A stretch of DNA of 64,000 nucleotides, taken from NCBI GenBank assembly GCA_032718475.1, contig JAUCBJ010006899.1, positions 21,808 through 85,807 on the forward strand. Reading direction: 5' to 3'. This stretch comes from Nemertoderma westbladi (taxonomy: Eukaryota > Animalia > Xenacoelomorpha). Numbering within the stretch: the stretch's first letter is position 1; the number at the start of each line of letters is the position of its first letter. The notes beneath the pieces were generated by a model that worked only from the letters and a program-made list of their open reading frames with translations, ran no database searches and had not been told where the DNA came from. Shown here piece by piece: positions 11,701 to 22,843 of this stretch. The position numbers and the translations under genes were made by a program.

Positions 11701-14652
11701 GTCAATACAGGTTCTCCTAAACTCGTCTATGTCTGGTGGTTCTACTAACGGTGGTTGAGTTATAGGCTGTAATTCGTCGTATCTGTCCATTGGCTTGTCG
11801 CCACCTGTAAACTCATAAGACATGGGTACTCTTGTATACCAACCTAGTATGGTCCTATGGGCATGTGGTCCATTGACATGCGGCTCAGCCGGTCTCGTTT
11901 CCCATATCTGGTGTGCGATCAGCTGTTCTGCACCAATCAACATAGAAACATTCCTATAACCTACCTGGTGTCTCGGTATCCTGAGCTTGTCAAAATACTC
12001 CTGTGCTATGGGACTCATCGGCGGCACCTTACCTAACTGCCTGCCGAATCCCTTCATAGCTAGACACTTAAATCCGTCCAATGGCAAAGCTTTCCGTTCT
12101 TGTCGAGTGTGTTGGTCTCTCGGAAGTAGGGAATCTAGTTCTACCGAAATTCTGTGTCCCTTGAGGTCTCCTACCCCATGCATAGACTTCAACTCTATTT
12201 GGATCTCCTCGGCGTCCTGGAAGCTAGAAACAGCTCTCGCCACTTCCTCGTCGATATAGGATAATGTGGACGCAGTGTCCAACATCACATATATTCGCTT
12301 CGATCCCTTATCGCCAGTGAGTTTCACCGGAATCACGCTAAATATTTCCGACGTGGCCGATGATAAATACGTCCGCGCGCTGGTCGATGAACTATCCGCG
12401 GTGAAACCTTGGCAGGTCACTTCTCTCGCGCTCGACTCGCCATCCTCGTCCGACGAACCTGGTTGGTAACCATCGTCCTGAATGCCGGTGTACATATTCC
12501 TTCTTATCGATACGGGTTCTTTGCTCCCCTTCCTGTGAGGATTTCGCTGTAAGTAACGGTCCGTTGGGGTATGGAAATCCGCATGTAGCAACTTGTGATG
12601 TAGTCTGCCGCATTCCATGCATCCGTCCTTGCTGTTCGGGCACTGCCGCCGTACATGTCCTGGCGCAAGACATGCCCAACAGGTGTCCAACGTCCGCACT
12701 TGAACTCTTCTCTGTTCCGAATTTAATTCCTTGAACCGTCTGCAACTATCCAACTTATGGTCGTCAGATCTTACCTCCTTTAGTAAACAGTATTGGCAAC
12801 CTACAAATCCATCCGGCAACTCCTGTTGCTTTAACCTAGGTCTATCTAACCGCTCACCTGACCATACTCGCGAGTCTGATCTAAAGGCTGGGGTATTCGA
12901 ATTATATCTGTCTACTGAGTTATAAGTCACAGTGGTCCTGTCATCGTCAAAACTTACCATAGACTTACCGGTAACAGGTTTAGACTCCCTCATATTCTCC
13001 TCTGAGAAGTTTGATTTCATCTCTGCTACTGCGTCTGTGGCTATCATGTCATGAATATGCTGAAGTGTCAATACCTTACCTTGGCCCTCCAACTTATTCT
13101 CTAATTTGCGCCATTTCTGTCGATAACGCATGTTTAAACGTCTTATTACGCTCTTTAAAACTTCGGCGTGATCACCATGATGAGGTAGATTCACCGTCTT
13201 CAAGATGTCCAATGCGTTCGAAATAGCGTTCGCTAAGTTCAACAGCTCTAACGGAGTTGTAATCCTTCCGCCCTTACCCAAGTCTTCTACTATCGACTGC
13301 GCCATTTTCGTTTTATTCCCGTAGATGTCGCTAAGCGTCTTCATCGCTAATTCGAATGCCCGTTCATTGCCGACGAAGTTATCAGCAATGGCTCTAGGTT
13401 CTCGATGGAGCATCTGAAGCAAATAGTTGAACTTCTCGTTGGGAGTAAAGGTGCTGTTGGTTAGCTGCTCGTCGACATAGGTTTTGAAGGTCCTCCAATG
13501 CTTATGGTTACCCATAAACTTCTGGGGTTGTTGCGTCGGCAGTCCTTGCCTAGCAGCAAACTTACCTATGTCCCTAAGGGTTGCGTCGTTCCGGGTTAAC
13601 AAATGGTTTAGTTCCGCAGGGTTGTTAAGTCTGGTCCTTTCCCGGTGGTTCCAACTTACCTGCTCCGCGTCCGTCCTTCTTTCCTTATAGTTTCGGGACT
13701 TCTGACGTCTCATTTCTTCCTCTTCATCGCTTGACTCGGTGTCAGTCCTTAGCGCTCGCGATGGTTTGCGCGCCGAGGCCCTGACCCAAGCTTCCTCAAT
13801 AAATCTTTCCGCCGAATTTTCGAAATTGGGATTATGGATATTCGGGACAGGCGTCCTTACCTGAGGTCTATGTGGTATAGTCTCCTCCGATATACGTACT
13901 CGTTGACTAGGCTGGACTTTATCTAATTCAGGCCTGCTGGGATTTGAATTACTTCTTACCTGGGCTGCTTCCTTTAACCGTAGGTTGCTAAGCATGTCCG
14001 TTATAGGTTGGATGTGCGGCGATATAGCTTGCGCTAAACTAGCACTTAACTCATCTCTCGTAATAAATTCCTGGCTAGGGTTCTGTTGTATAGTCGGCTC
14101 TATCTGAGTAATCCGCTGTCTCTCATATGATCCCTCTTCCGGTTTAACCCGGAAGTTCTCCGTCGAACTGGGTCGGCGCTCCGTCCGCGTATTCCAAACC
14201 CGCGGGTTCGGTTCGCCAAGTACTCGTCCTGTCGGAGTTTCTCTAAACTCTCCGTTGTCGCGTTCGGTGTATAGTGGTGCGGTGTTCCGATGACGTAGAT
14301 CCTGGGCGATGGGTGAAGCACTAATACCAACTGGCGTGCGATATGTAGAGAACGGTTTAGCGATCCGTGTACTCGTAATAGCTGGACCGGGTATAGGAAT
14401 TCTGGTCGTCGTCGACTCGCGTATAGTCGGAGTTCTCGCTTCCTGTTCGGCCTTCTGCAGTGCGAACAGTTCTCGCAACTCAGTCCCTACACTCGCCCCA
14501 CATTCTTCGATCATTCGCATCCCCTTCTCGGCGATTTCGTTCGCCTTCCTAGTCCGTTCTTCGCTCTCTAAACTTAATCTCGCACTTTCCAACTGCGCCA
14601 GTTTACGTTCTTCTTCTTCCCTCGCTCGTCTCGCTGCGCCCTCTTCTTCCAC
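8707..14652 (-). CDS. Element 1 Gag-Pol (Gag core, BEL triple Zn knuckle, aspartic protease, RT, RNase H, integrase HH)
   Basis: KFMGNHKHWRTF gag motif; CQYC/CWAC..GH/CMECGRLHHKLLH knuckles; MLDTAS protease; YYLPHH, CDIEAMFHQV, FYMDDG RT; FSDAS, RAELQAA, WTDAS, NPADITSRG RNase H. Confidence 0.95.
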   Translation of the reverse strand: MEEEGAARRAREEEERKLAQLESARLSLESEERTRKANEIAEKGMRMIEECGASVGTELRELFALQKAEQEARTPTIRESTTTRIPIPGPAITSTRIAKPFSTYRTPVGISASPIAQDLRHRNTAPLYTERDNGEFRETPTGRVLGEPNPRVWNTRTERRPSSTENFRVKPEEGSYERQRITQIEPTIQQNPSQEFITRDELSASLAQAISPHIQPITDMLSNLRLKEAAQVRSNSNPSRPELDKVQPSQRVRISEETIPHRPQVRTPVPNIHNPNFENSAERFIEEAWVRASARKPSRALRTDTESSDEEEEMRRQKSRNYKERRTDAEQVSWNHRERTRLNNPAELNHLLTRNDATLRDIGKFAARQGLPTQQPQKFMGNHKHWRTFKTYVDEQLTNSTFTPNEKFNYLLQMLHREPRAIADNFVGNERAFELAMKTLSDIYGNKTKMAQSIVEDLGKGGRITTPLELLNLANAISNALDILKTVNLPHHGDHAEVLKSVIRRLNMRYRQKWRKLENKLEGQGKVLTLQHIHDMIATDAVAEMKSNFSEENMRESKPVTGKSMVSFDDDRTTVTYNSVDRYNSNTPAFRSDSRVWSGERLDRPRLKQQELPDGFVGCQYCLLKEVRSDDHKLDSCRRFKELNSEQRRVQVRTLDTCWACLAPGHVRRQCPNSKDGCMECGRLHHKLLHADFHTPTDRYLQRNPHRKGSKEPVSIRRNMYTGIQDDGYQPGSSDEDGESSAREVTCQGFTADSSSTSARTYLSSATSEIFSVIPVKLTGDKGSKRIYVMLDTASTLSYIDEEVARAVSSFQDAEEIQIELKSMHGVGDLKGHRISVELDSLLPRDQHTRQERKALPLDGFKCLAMKGFGRQLGKVPPMSPIAQEYFDKLRIPRHQVGYRNVSMLIGAEQLIAHQIWETRPAEPHVNGPHAHRTILGWYTRVPMSYEFTGGDKPMDRYDELQPITQPPLVEPPDIDEFRRTCIDHYSDFSESDEELIPDNVRLSEPLHNDRTDSEPEDYCYQTRGSGSAAHATYLTNVLTYTDIVEGQAAKYRDLDIFQYSEEELQKELIRQDLETGARTVEWLDRDAMEPGGYDLAMSTDEKRSLEMMEDTIRLLPTGHFEVGMLWRRQPPKLENNYSLALKRLNGVRARLLKNPDIREKYCAQINNYFAKGFAGKVEDPDLVTDQTYYLPHHYVTHPDKPDKVRVVNDCAAVYRGMSLNSELMDGPNLNNYLIGILLRFRQRRFAFTCDIEAMFHQVRACKADQDSLRFLWFENEDLSGPVVTYQMYVRIFGARDSPNGTLFVLKKTATAQIGKYPVEVIESILRNFYMDDGLVSKDTAEQAIEVAHGLQECLATGGFPLTKFTTNSEALLESFPVKDRGSGDIELGVEPIPMARVLGLAWNPNSDKFQVRVRFEPSSPDKVLTKRICLSTLSRLFDPMNFISPVILQARACMRKIWLSDLEWDEPISPIHAKQWREWEAELHLLKNIDVPRSYFPNQLVFPTDLERHLFSDASDTGFGMVAYLRREVSQDKFETAFVTSRSKTMPVKYMTVPRAELQAAVVSVEVSKQITEELDTTLTLFYWTDASLVLVYIAADNIALKTFVANRRAQIVDFSTKEQWRHCPGVLNPADITSRGAMPAEFCQEESQEFWLHGPDFLTRTQEHWPERLKIVTNPMPEDAEVKVEKVSKSKSKAKLKSLERPEESLERPEELLERPGDLSDQQTYVTTRSGRVSYDVKPPLQTKPESQLVSDGQKMTDKMESLVSKPAGLDSKLPLVSGQPSLALESCSVYDKLLNSSASWLTICKRTAWLSRYVSYLCIKYSKHLREPLSTNSERIRKLKQPLTEDEIDQAELKHLKHYQMCAFPKEFHLLSAQRPVLYKPLRKWSPLIHKGLICHRSRIQTVDINSQFRFPVIIPSYPMELQRAILWDIHKRLHHAGKLHCLSAARQRFILLQPSRAVRRLSGLQEGEHQSIGTGDG

Positions 14653-16197
14653 TCACGACCTTTCTTCATACAATGCGCGTCTTCTTTTCTCGATCTCGAG
14701 TTCGCGTTCCTTGCGTCCGCGTTCAAGTTGAAGCTCGCGCTCCTTCTGTTCACGATCGAGTTTCTTGCGCTCGCGTTCGGCTTGGAGTTCGCGTTTCTTC
14801 GCTTCCTGTTCGCGTTCGAGTTGGAGTTCGCGTTTCTTCGCTTCCCGCTCGCATTCAAGTTGGAGTTCGCGTTCTCTCTGTTCGCGTTCGAGTTCCTCGC
14901 GCTCGCGCTCGGCTTGGAGTTCGCGTTCCCTTTGCTCGCGTTCCGCTCGCTCGCGCTTACTTATCTCTTCCAACTCTCGTAACTCTGCGTCAAACTTACG
15001 TGTGCGCTCCCGTTCCCGCTCGGCTTCCTTCCGTGCTTCCTGTGCACGCAAAACTTCCGCCTGCTGTTCGTCTAGTCGGCGTCTTCTCTCCTCCGCCGAG
15101 TTGTGAGAAACAAGGGATCTAGCACATATTACCTTACCTCGCGTGTGACTAACCTGGGAATCGCCGCTGTCTCTAGATGCATCGTCGGGTGGAGTTAACG
15201 TCCTCTGTTGGATGTTCTCCGTCGTCGGTAGCACCTGGCCTGGTACCACCACTCCATTCTGCATCAGCCAGCTAGTAACTTCCCTCTGATAACGGCGCTC
15301 TTCCTTATCTTGGATCTCTTCCCGCTCCACTAAGTCTCTTAACTCTGCGTCACTCACCTGAGTCGCCTGCGCTTGTGATGCCCATAGCAGCCAGTTCTCC
15401 GTCCTAACTCGTCGGAATCGCTCCGATAACTCGCGGTGCTCTAACAAGGCTGCTAAAACCCTGTCGTAAATCCTCGTCGCCACGTCGCTTGACTGAGACT
15501 CCACTGCCTTCTTCGCTAGGACTGCAAGCTCCTCCGTCTGCTTGAATAACGCTGAGTTATATCCTCTTCTAATCTCTGCTAACTCTACCCTCCCGATGTT
15601 CGCTGGGTCAGCTAACATCTTCCTTACCTTGTCCGCCGTCCGAGTTATATGTCCGGCATGCGCGCGAAGTTTCTTCTTTATCGCGATATCGAACTCTCTA
15701 TCACTCACCTGACTTACGCTCGGTGGACTTGAAGGATTATTTCGGGAACTACGGGTACTCCTTACAGCCGTCGGGACCACGGCACTTACCATACCCACAG
15801 GTCTGGAAACCGGGCTCCGGGCTCTCGCTTCTGCTACACTACCCTCCCTATCACTCACCTCTGTCCGGGCTGCTGTGCAGTCCTTCCTTACAGTAGCGGT
15901 AGGGGATCCTAATACTATTACTTGAGGTTGTTGTTCTTCCTCACTAGTCACTGTCTCGTCCTCCTGTTCACTTACGTCAGCGTCGCTCGCTGCGTCGTCA
16001 TAGTCGGCATTGTCATCAACAGTAATGTTTACGCTATCGTCAGTCGGCGGTCCAGCCGCCGTCTCGTAGCTGTCCTCTAGTGCCTCTTTGTCTGAGACAC
16101 TCATAGTCCAAATAATATTTGCCTTCCGGCAAAAATCTCTCGCAAAGTTCGAGATATAATTATAATTTAACCGAAATACGGTCAAATTATTTGTCAA
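14653..16197 (-). CDS. Element 1 N-terminal Gag region (acidic/disordered plus ERE-rich coiled coil), in frame with Gag-Pol across one TGA
   Basis: 514-aa ORF (first ATG ~16103); stop TGA at 14655-14653 immediately followed by in-frame GTG GAA GAA; repetitive R/E tract 14690-14960. Confidence 0.8.
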   Translation of the reverse strand: MTNNLTVFRLNYNYISNFARDFCRKANIIWTMSVSDKEALEDSYETAAGPPTDDSVNITVDDNADYDDAASDADVSEQEDETVTSEEEQQPQVIVLGSPTATVRKDCTAARTEVSDREGSVAEARARSPVSRPVGMVSAVVPTAVRSTRSSRNNPSSPPSVSQVSDREFDIAIKKKLRAHAGHITRTADKVRKMLADPANIGRVELAEIRRGYNSALFKQTEELAVLAKKAVESQSSDVATRIYDRVLAALLEHRELSERFRRVRTENWLLWASQAQATQVSDAELRDLVEREEIQDKEERRYQREVTSWLMQNGVVVPGQVLPTTENIQQRTLTPPDDASRDSGDSQVSHTRGKVICARSLVSHNSAEERRRRLDEQQAEVLRAQEARKEAERERERTRKFDAELRELEEISKRERAEREQRERELQAEREREELEREQRERELQLECEREAKKRELQLEREQEAKKRELQAERERKKLDREQKERELQLERGRKERELEIEKRRRALYEERS

Positions 16198-17400
16198 ATA
16201 ATCAGTTGGTCCAAAATGTCAAAATAAATTCGCAATGCAATATTGCGAATTTAATGGGGTATATAGTTATAGCAAATACTAGCACAATATTTAAACAAAA
16301 TATTATTATATAGCTACTATATAATATTAAATACCGGTATAGCACAAAATAACTCTGAATCTAATACAAAATATTCAAAATAAACTTGCCGCCCGAATAT
16401 TTCTAATTTTATATATAGCTCTAATCAACGTAATTTTAGTTTCAAATATTATATGTATCCACTAGCGCGTGGCTACATCTTCGGGTTGCGACTCTCTCTA
16501 ACTCTCTCTCTAACTTGAGCGATTCAAAACCATGGCCGGCTAAACCTAAATATCCTAACTAATAAATTGAGTTCAGCTTCGCAGTTAAACAACCGATAAT
16601 TTTTTACTGCTTCCACAAACACACCGGCGCCAACAGAACAACTAACCTTGTTTGCTGTGAGATTCCACGTCCGCGTCCAAAGATTCAGGCCCTTCGCTGA
16701 TTGCAAACCGAACCCGCAGACCCACACGAACCCCAAACTCAGAAGTCCCGTCTTGCCATGTATCTCCAGATGGTATAAAATAACTAAGCGGTTACCTAAC
16801 ATACCGTTACAAAACTCTAGAATTTTACAAATAATTTTGACCGAAACTGAATTCTCGCAAACCTAGCTAATAATTTTCAAAAAACTTACTAATTACAGTT
16901 TGCCCTAAGGCCTAAGGAACTGCTGTATTCGCAATTAGCAAAACGCACTACCGTACATCCACTGTATGCAGTACAGTAAGTAAAACAGTACACCAACCTA
17001 ACAGCCTAATGATACTGTGTGTGGTACGGCAAACAAATGTCCTTCTACCGTACGCAGTAACAGCAATCAGCCTAATGTACTACTGTACTAGTGTACGCAG
17101 CCAGTGAATACAGTAATATAAACTAACAGCCTAAAGGAATATACTCAATGTTCTACCGTACGCTAGCCTATAGCCTACAGCAGACGATCACGTGCTCCAA
17201 TTTATTGCCTAATACTATGATACTACTATCAGCCTAAGAATACTCTATCTGCCTTACTGTACGCAGTACAGCAAAGCAATACAGCACGTATCACTGATAC
17301 AAAGTATCAGTGATCTAAACTAACAGTAGTCTAAACTAACAGCCTAAGAATACTCTATTTACTGTACGCTACAGCCTACAGCAAACAAAACACGTATCAC

Positions 17401-19564
17401 TGATAAACAACCGCGACCTCTATACTAACAGCAGAACTGTTGAACAGACTAATACCCGTTAATATCCTTCTGCCAACCTAGTAAGTTCTCGTCTAACCAA
17501 TAAGACACAAAGACTGCTCTACTGTTAAGTAAAGGGGCTCAGGAGCGTGATATTACTAAATTGTAAGGGTTGCTAAATACAAAACCGCTACTTACCGTTA
17601 GATGGCGCTAATCTGCCGTCCGCTAATATATTTACTAATTTTACACAACTCCTGCAAAATCGCTTGTTCCTTTCTCTACCGATTGCTCAATAGAGAGCTA
17701 ACTGTTCGAATCTATGAGCCACGCAGGAATAACCAAAACAATAAACCCGAGTCGGCTCCCTAAGCTTACTTAAGACGAGTGCGAGAGGCCTTGCACTCAG
17801 AGTATTCTTACGCCTAATTTTATCACTATTAAAGCACGCTATTACCTACGTCTTTCTAATCGCGAATACTGGGGTTTCTCTAACGTAATGTGTGAATGCG
17901 AGAATATTTAAATATCAAAATGGTACAGTAATTGTCTCTCGTGGATAGTACCACTCTGGGTCTAAAATTGCCTGCAGCTGGCTTTAGGCCAGCAAATCAC
18001 TAGCGTTTCGTGCGTACCGAATAGTGCGTTCTAGCTGATTGCCCGCTAATGCAAATAACCGCTCAGCGTGAATAGTTTACAGTACACTAATTATTACCTT
18101 AGCTACTCTCCGCTATGCTGCGTACTAATTCTTAATTTTTTACTAATTAATTACAGTCACAAATATTTAACAGCGTACTAATTACTAAGAGTTCCAGAAT
18201 ACGTAATTCTAATTTATCACGCAACAGGTTTCGCTAGTAATAGCCTAAATTGCCGTATTACTTTGACCTAATCAGTAACTAATTGTTGTAACTAAGAAAT
18301 AGAAACCAATCAAAGAGAAAAGAGCGCCTACCTAAACATTCACAATCATAGGCACACTTCAATAACACACCAATCAGCGTTAGAAATCACAGTTTACAAT
18401 TATGCAATTCACTACTCGTACTCCACACTCAACGTTCGAAACGTTATGATACGTGCAGGCCTCTCCCGGGTACATATAGGACTCCTAACTAACCTGATTC
18501 CCGCCCCCCTAATACTAAATAGAGACGAAACCTGGATCATCAGCCCCCTAATTACCGTACCGGCGATTGGTCTGCGTACCACAGCGTTAACTTCCCGACC
18601 GCAACGGTGACCCCACGCCAGCGTTGCTCGCTTTGAATCCTCCGCTCTCCCTTAGTCGCCCAACCCCCCGATGTGCCCACCGCCCGCTGGCGCCTTAGCC
18701 CTCCATTACGCTAATAGCTACCGTAGCGGCGCATGCAAATCACAAAGTCTGACAGTCTCAGAAATCCCTTAGGATTATTGCGCAGAAAAGAATCACATAG
18801 AACCATTAATCAAAGGTAGAAATCATAGTTCAATTGTAATTAGCAGTAATCGAAGGAATTATTGAGAAACACAAGCAAGTAATCGCACTAGCAAATCATT
18901 TCACGAAATTAATCAAATTAGCAAATTGCAGAAAGTACGATATCCTAATACAAAATTAGAGACAGCTCAACAGCAGTGAGAATGTGTCATGTGAGTGAGA
19001 GATTGATGATAGGCTCTACCGGCACACCGCCAATTTATAGGTGATCCGGGTGGGATGATGCAATAGGGTGACTCAATCGCTCTCCTATTGGCTCTCCAGT
19101 CCATGCTAGCATTAGACCAACCTGGAAGCAGTTAATCCAATAAGGAGGCCGGATTGTAGCCCTATTGCTCAAATTATTACCATATATGGTAATGGATCAC
19201 GTCTCTGGCTGCTGAATGGCCAGGACGGCGTCCCTATGCTAGCCCTATCAAACTAATATCAGCAAGCACAAAATCCAGGGTCCGAGTAAACTCGCTACCC
19301 TGGGACTATCTACATATATCCTAATACAAAATTACGTAGGTAGGGCTACATACTATACAAAATGGATGGTTTCAAATATATGGGCGTTTTGATTTCCCTA
19401 CCTAAATACCACTGCGTTATTATGCCTTATCTAAAATATCATGCTGCACAACGGACTAATATTACGTACAGTATAACGGACTAATATTGCATACTGCATA
19501 ACGGACTAATACTGCATACAGTATAACGACTAATAATGTGGATACAGCGCCATATACCGTAACA
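17401..19564 (-). repeat. 5' LTR of element 1
   Basis: On the element strand starts TGTTACGG and ends GTTTATCA; flanked by TSD TCATG. Confidence 0.97.
19034..19091 (-). promoter_or_regulatory. Putative LTR promoter: CCAAT box (19091-19087) and TATAAA (19039-19034)
   Basis: Consensus motifs in element orientation about 50 bp apart; untested. Confidence 0.45.
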
Positions 19565-20199
19565 TCATGCTTGACCTGGGGTAGGTTTTTAGCAGTTTTA
19601 ATTTAGAAAATGACCGTTCTGCTGTAATTTTCAATTCAATTTCAATTTCAATCCGGGATAGGCCCGGGCCTTTAATTTCGGAAGTTCACCTTTCGACATC
19701 TTATATATTGCAAAAAACCCAACACCAAAGGTCACCATAAAATGTTTAAGGTTGATCAGTATTTATTCATGAATGTGGGTGATATGATAGGCCTAATGAT
19801 AATATGTCGTAGCCGTAGTCATCTAATGCGATCCATGTAGAAATAGACAGACGTATACTGCTTCATTTCATCACTAAGACGACTGCAGCTGCGCATCCAT
19901 GTATACACCTCTGTGGAATCTACCGACTTTGGTGGATCTAGATCACCTGCTCATCTGCAGCATCCAATCCAAAACTATTTTCCGTCCTAAATGAGTTCTA
20001 ATGAATAAGTTCTTGTCAATGTATTGCTGAACTGTCTTTTCAACTCACTCAAGATGTGATTGATAAATGGCAAAAATACAGTAACTGTATTCTATGCCCT
20101 GGCAGGATTAGCACGATTGCATAGCACCCAACTATTCTCGGAATCGTGATGTCCTGATTTATTTCTGTAGCAATATTTTTAGCTTCTGTAAATATTTTA

Positions 20200-21260
20200 C
20201 TAGAGACGGGCCTAGCGGCCCGTGAAGCAAGTCGTAGGAGACAGTACGAGTCAAGTAAAAGCTTTTTGTTCTGTCTGATAATAAATTAGTGTGAGCGTAG
20301 TCCCGGTGGTGTGCGATAAATTTTCTAGACAACTTCAAACTATAATTATTATGTTGTAATCATCTAATGAATTATAAAAGCTGTTGTGATTATAGAAGAT
20401 AGAGAGCAGTTAGCGAAATGATTATTTTGTTCTATCGGATAGAGTAGTCAGAGAGGAGTCGAGGTGTCAATTGATTAATAATAATAACAGCAGTTGTCAT
20501 GAATTCAAAACCATCGCGCACAAGAAGTGATTAGACAAATTCTTTCTTATTTTTGTAATAAATAAAACAAGTTGAGATGTTTCAATGTAAAACGCGATTA
20601 ACAATTTACACTGTTCAATGTAAACCACGATATTAATTAAATACAACAATTATATTATTATTATAACAGATTTTTATATTTCAAACTATAATGTTAGCCT
20701 TATGGAGAATCATTATGAGGATGAGTAAGCATGCAGCCTCCACAGTATTAATGTTGGCACAAAGATTTCAAAATAAAACAATAATTAGATGAGAGCAATC
20801 AATAATAGCCACCACACTGTGTAACTAACAGTTATTTAGCTTGCACGCCAATTAATTAACATTGGGAAGAGTTATTCAGCTGAGACTGTAATAGCCAGCT
20901 AAACCAGTTAATGTTTGCTTACTGTCTGGGTTGTAGAGTAGAGTGATAATACTTGCACAGAAAGTACTGCTTTGTTAGTTGGTATTGAATGCATTACCAG
21001 GCCATCTCTATACATTTTTCATGAGTGCCAGCTTGTGTTTTTATCATTGCGTCTATGGCAATTTTCGTGTTTTGGGGCTATTTTTCGAAATAAAACAAGT
21101 TGAGATGTTTCAATTTAAACCGCAAATTCACTTAGAAATCTATTTTCATGGTTCATGCAAATTTTCATCAAAATCGTTAGCGCCGTTTTTGCTCAAGGTC
21201 AGTAGCCAGTAGTCCGTAGCTTTTTGTTCTTAAAGTAATAAAATAAAAAATAAAATAATC
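20200..21260 (-). mobile_element. Possible non-autonomous Helitron-like element (left boundary is the 3' end; other end approximate)
   Basis: Minus strand ends with GC hairpin ACGGGCC-GCTA-GGCCCGT then CTCTAG|T at ~20200. Confidence 0.35.
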
Positions 21261-22843
21261 AAGTCTAACTAACGACTTGCTAACTAAATGATACCTCATA
21301 CTGTAGTTTTCCCTTATTGACTTGAACGACTTTATCTCTTCATGAAATGTGCATATGCCTGTCCAATATTGTTTCTGCAATTCTGTAGGGCCTCGTTCAA
21401 AACTCTTTGCTGAAATGAACTAACAGCAGTCTTTAGTGAAATGATTACATTGAAATATTATTATTTATATTTATTTATTCAATATTTATAATAAGTATTG
21501 CGCTTGGATTGACTAGGATTGCGCTTGATTTTGCTTTTTTACCTTGCGAAAAATAAGAAAAATTAGAAAATGTGAAAATATTTTTGTATTGAAATAGCAT
21601 CGAATTAGAAAAGATTTGCATGTAATTTGAGCAAAATCCATACACACACTCAAAAGTTATTACAACTTTAGTGGCTGCATGGCATATACCAAATCAGAAC
21701 TCAATATCCAATATTGGTTTATGTAGTAATGAGGCTGTCTACAGTATTTACATAATGGCCCGTATGCATAAAACACTTACGACGATCGTACTGTAACTTT
21801 ACGATGATCGTAAATATAATTGGTATGCATAAACATTTCCGATAATTGTGACTTTGTGATGATCGTAACTTTACGATTGCTAATACCTGCCCGTAAAAGT
21901 TACGATAGGGATTGCTATCAGCTGAGATTAACAGGTTGCCAGGCAACTTGCCAAAACAATACTGTTTAATGTGGGTATACTGTAGCTGCTTTGTTATGTT
22001 TACGTTACCGGTATGGACACACAATTCTGCATCAGCTACAGTATATTGGCGAGCGACTTAGTGAGTACTGCCATAATGGTTTTACTTATAAGTATTCGCA
22101 CATGCTAAAATGTGGAAACAGCTGGAAATACCTAGGAACACCTGTTTACCTGTACCTGTAACGTGCATTTTTTTAAAACATGTTTGACAACAAAGGGTAA
22201 ATTACTAGGTAGGCCCTACAATGATAATTTGTTAACAAACTGCACAACTCCCCCCCCCCCCCCCCCACCCACATTTTTCTAGAAATCGTAATGAAACTGT
22301 ATGAAATTTGAAACAGAGATAGTAGTTGAGTTTGAATTTTTATCTTCGCTACAAGCGTTAGAAAAACGTACTGTATCTCCTTCGATATTGCACCAGTTAC
22401 AGCACAGTTATTCTTCGACCTTCTAGTAATTACTGTAGTTAGTAGGCCATACGACAGCTGACCTTGCAAGGATTCCAAATATGTATAATCATTTGAATTT
22501 GGTTGGAAAATGGCTGAGCCATGGGTATTCGAATGTTGTATGGAACATATGTACTGTCTGGCCATAATGTCTGACCACAGAAAATGAAAGCATTGCAAAT
22601 CCGACTAGCCCGTTTCCGACTCGTTTCCCCTATAATACAAGTGTGCATGGCGTTAAAATACTTTGCATCTTTTTGAATATTTCGCAACTTCAAAATTGTA
22701 ATACAAATGCAGAAGTTCCAATCAGAGGTTGGATGGAAGAGTGAGCGGTGAATTGTAGCGAATCATGATGGTCCCATGTTCGAAACCGGTTGAATATTTG
22801 ACTTTATACACAAGTATGAAAATCGAGGAAACCGTGAAAGTGT

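Larger units (their letters stand above)
581..19564 (-). mobile_element. Full-length BEL/Pao LTR retrotransposon (element 1, 18,984 bp) with accessory exonuclease/zinc-knuckle ORFs
   Basis: Two 2164-bp direct repeats with TG...CA ends; 5-bp TSD TCATG at 576-580 and 19565-19569; gag-PR-RT-RH-IN order with BEL-type motifs. Confidence 0.97.

Noticed and set aside
9663-15122. Many short plus-strand ORFs opposite element 1 gag-pol (and minus-strand ORFs opposite element 2)
   Set aside because: Shadow ORFs of long coding regions with no domain evidence
16900-17400. TTAGGC telomere-like words in the element 1 leader
   Set aside because: Isolated single hexamers within degenerate repeats, not an array
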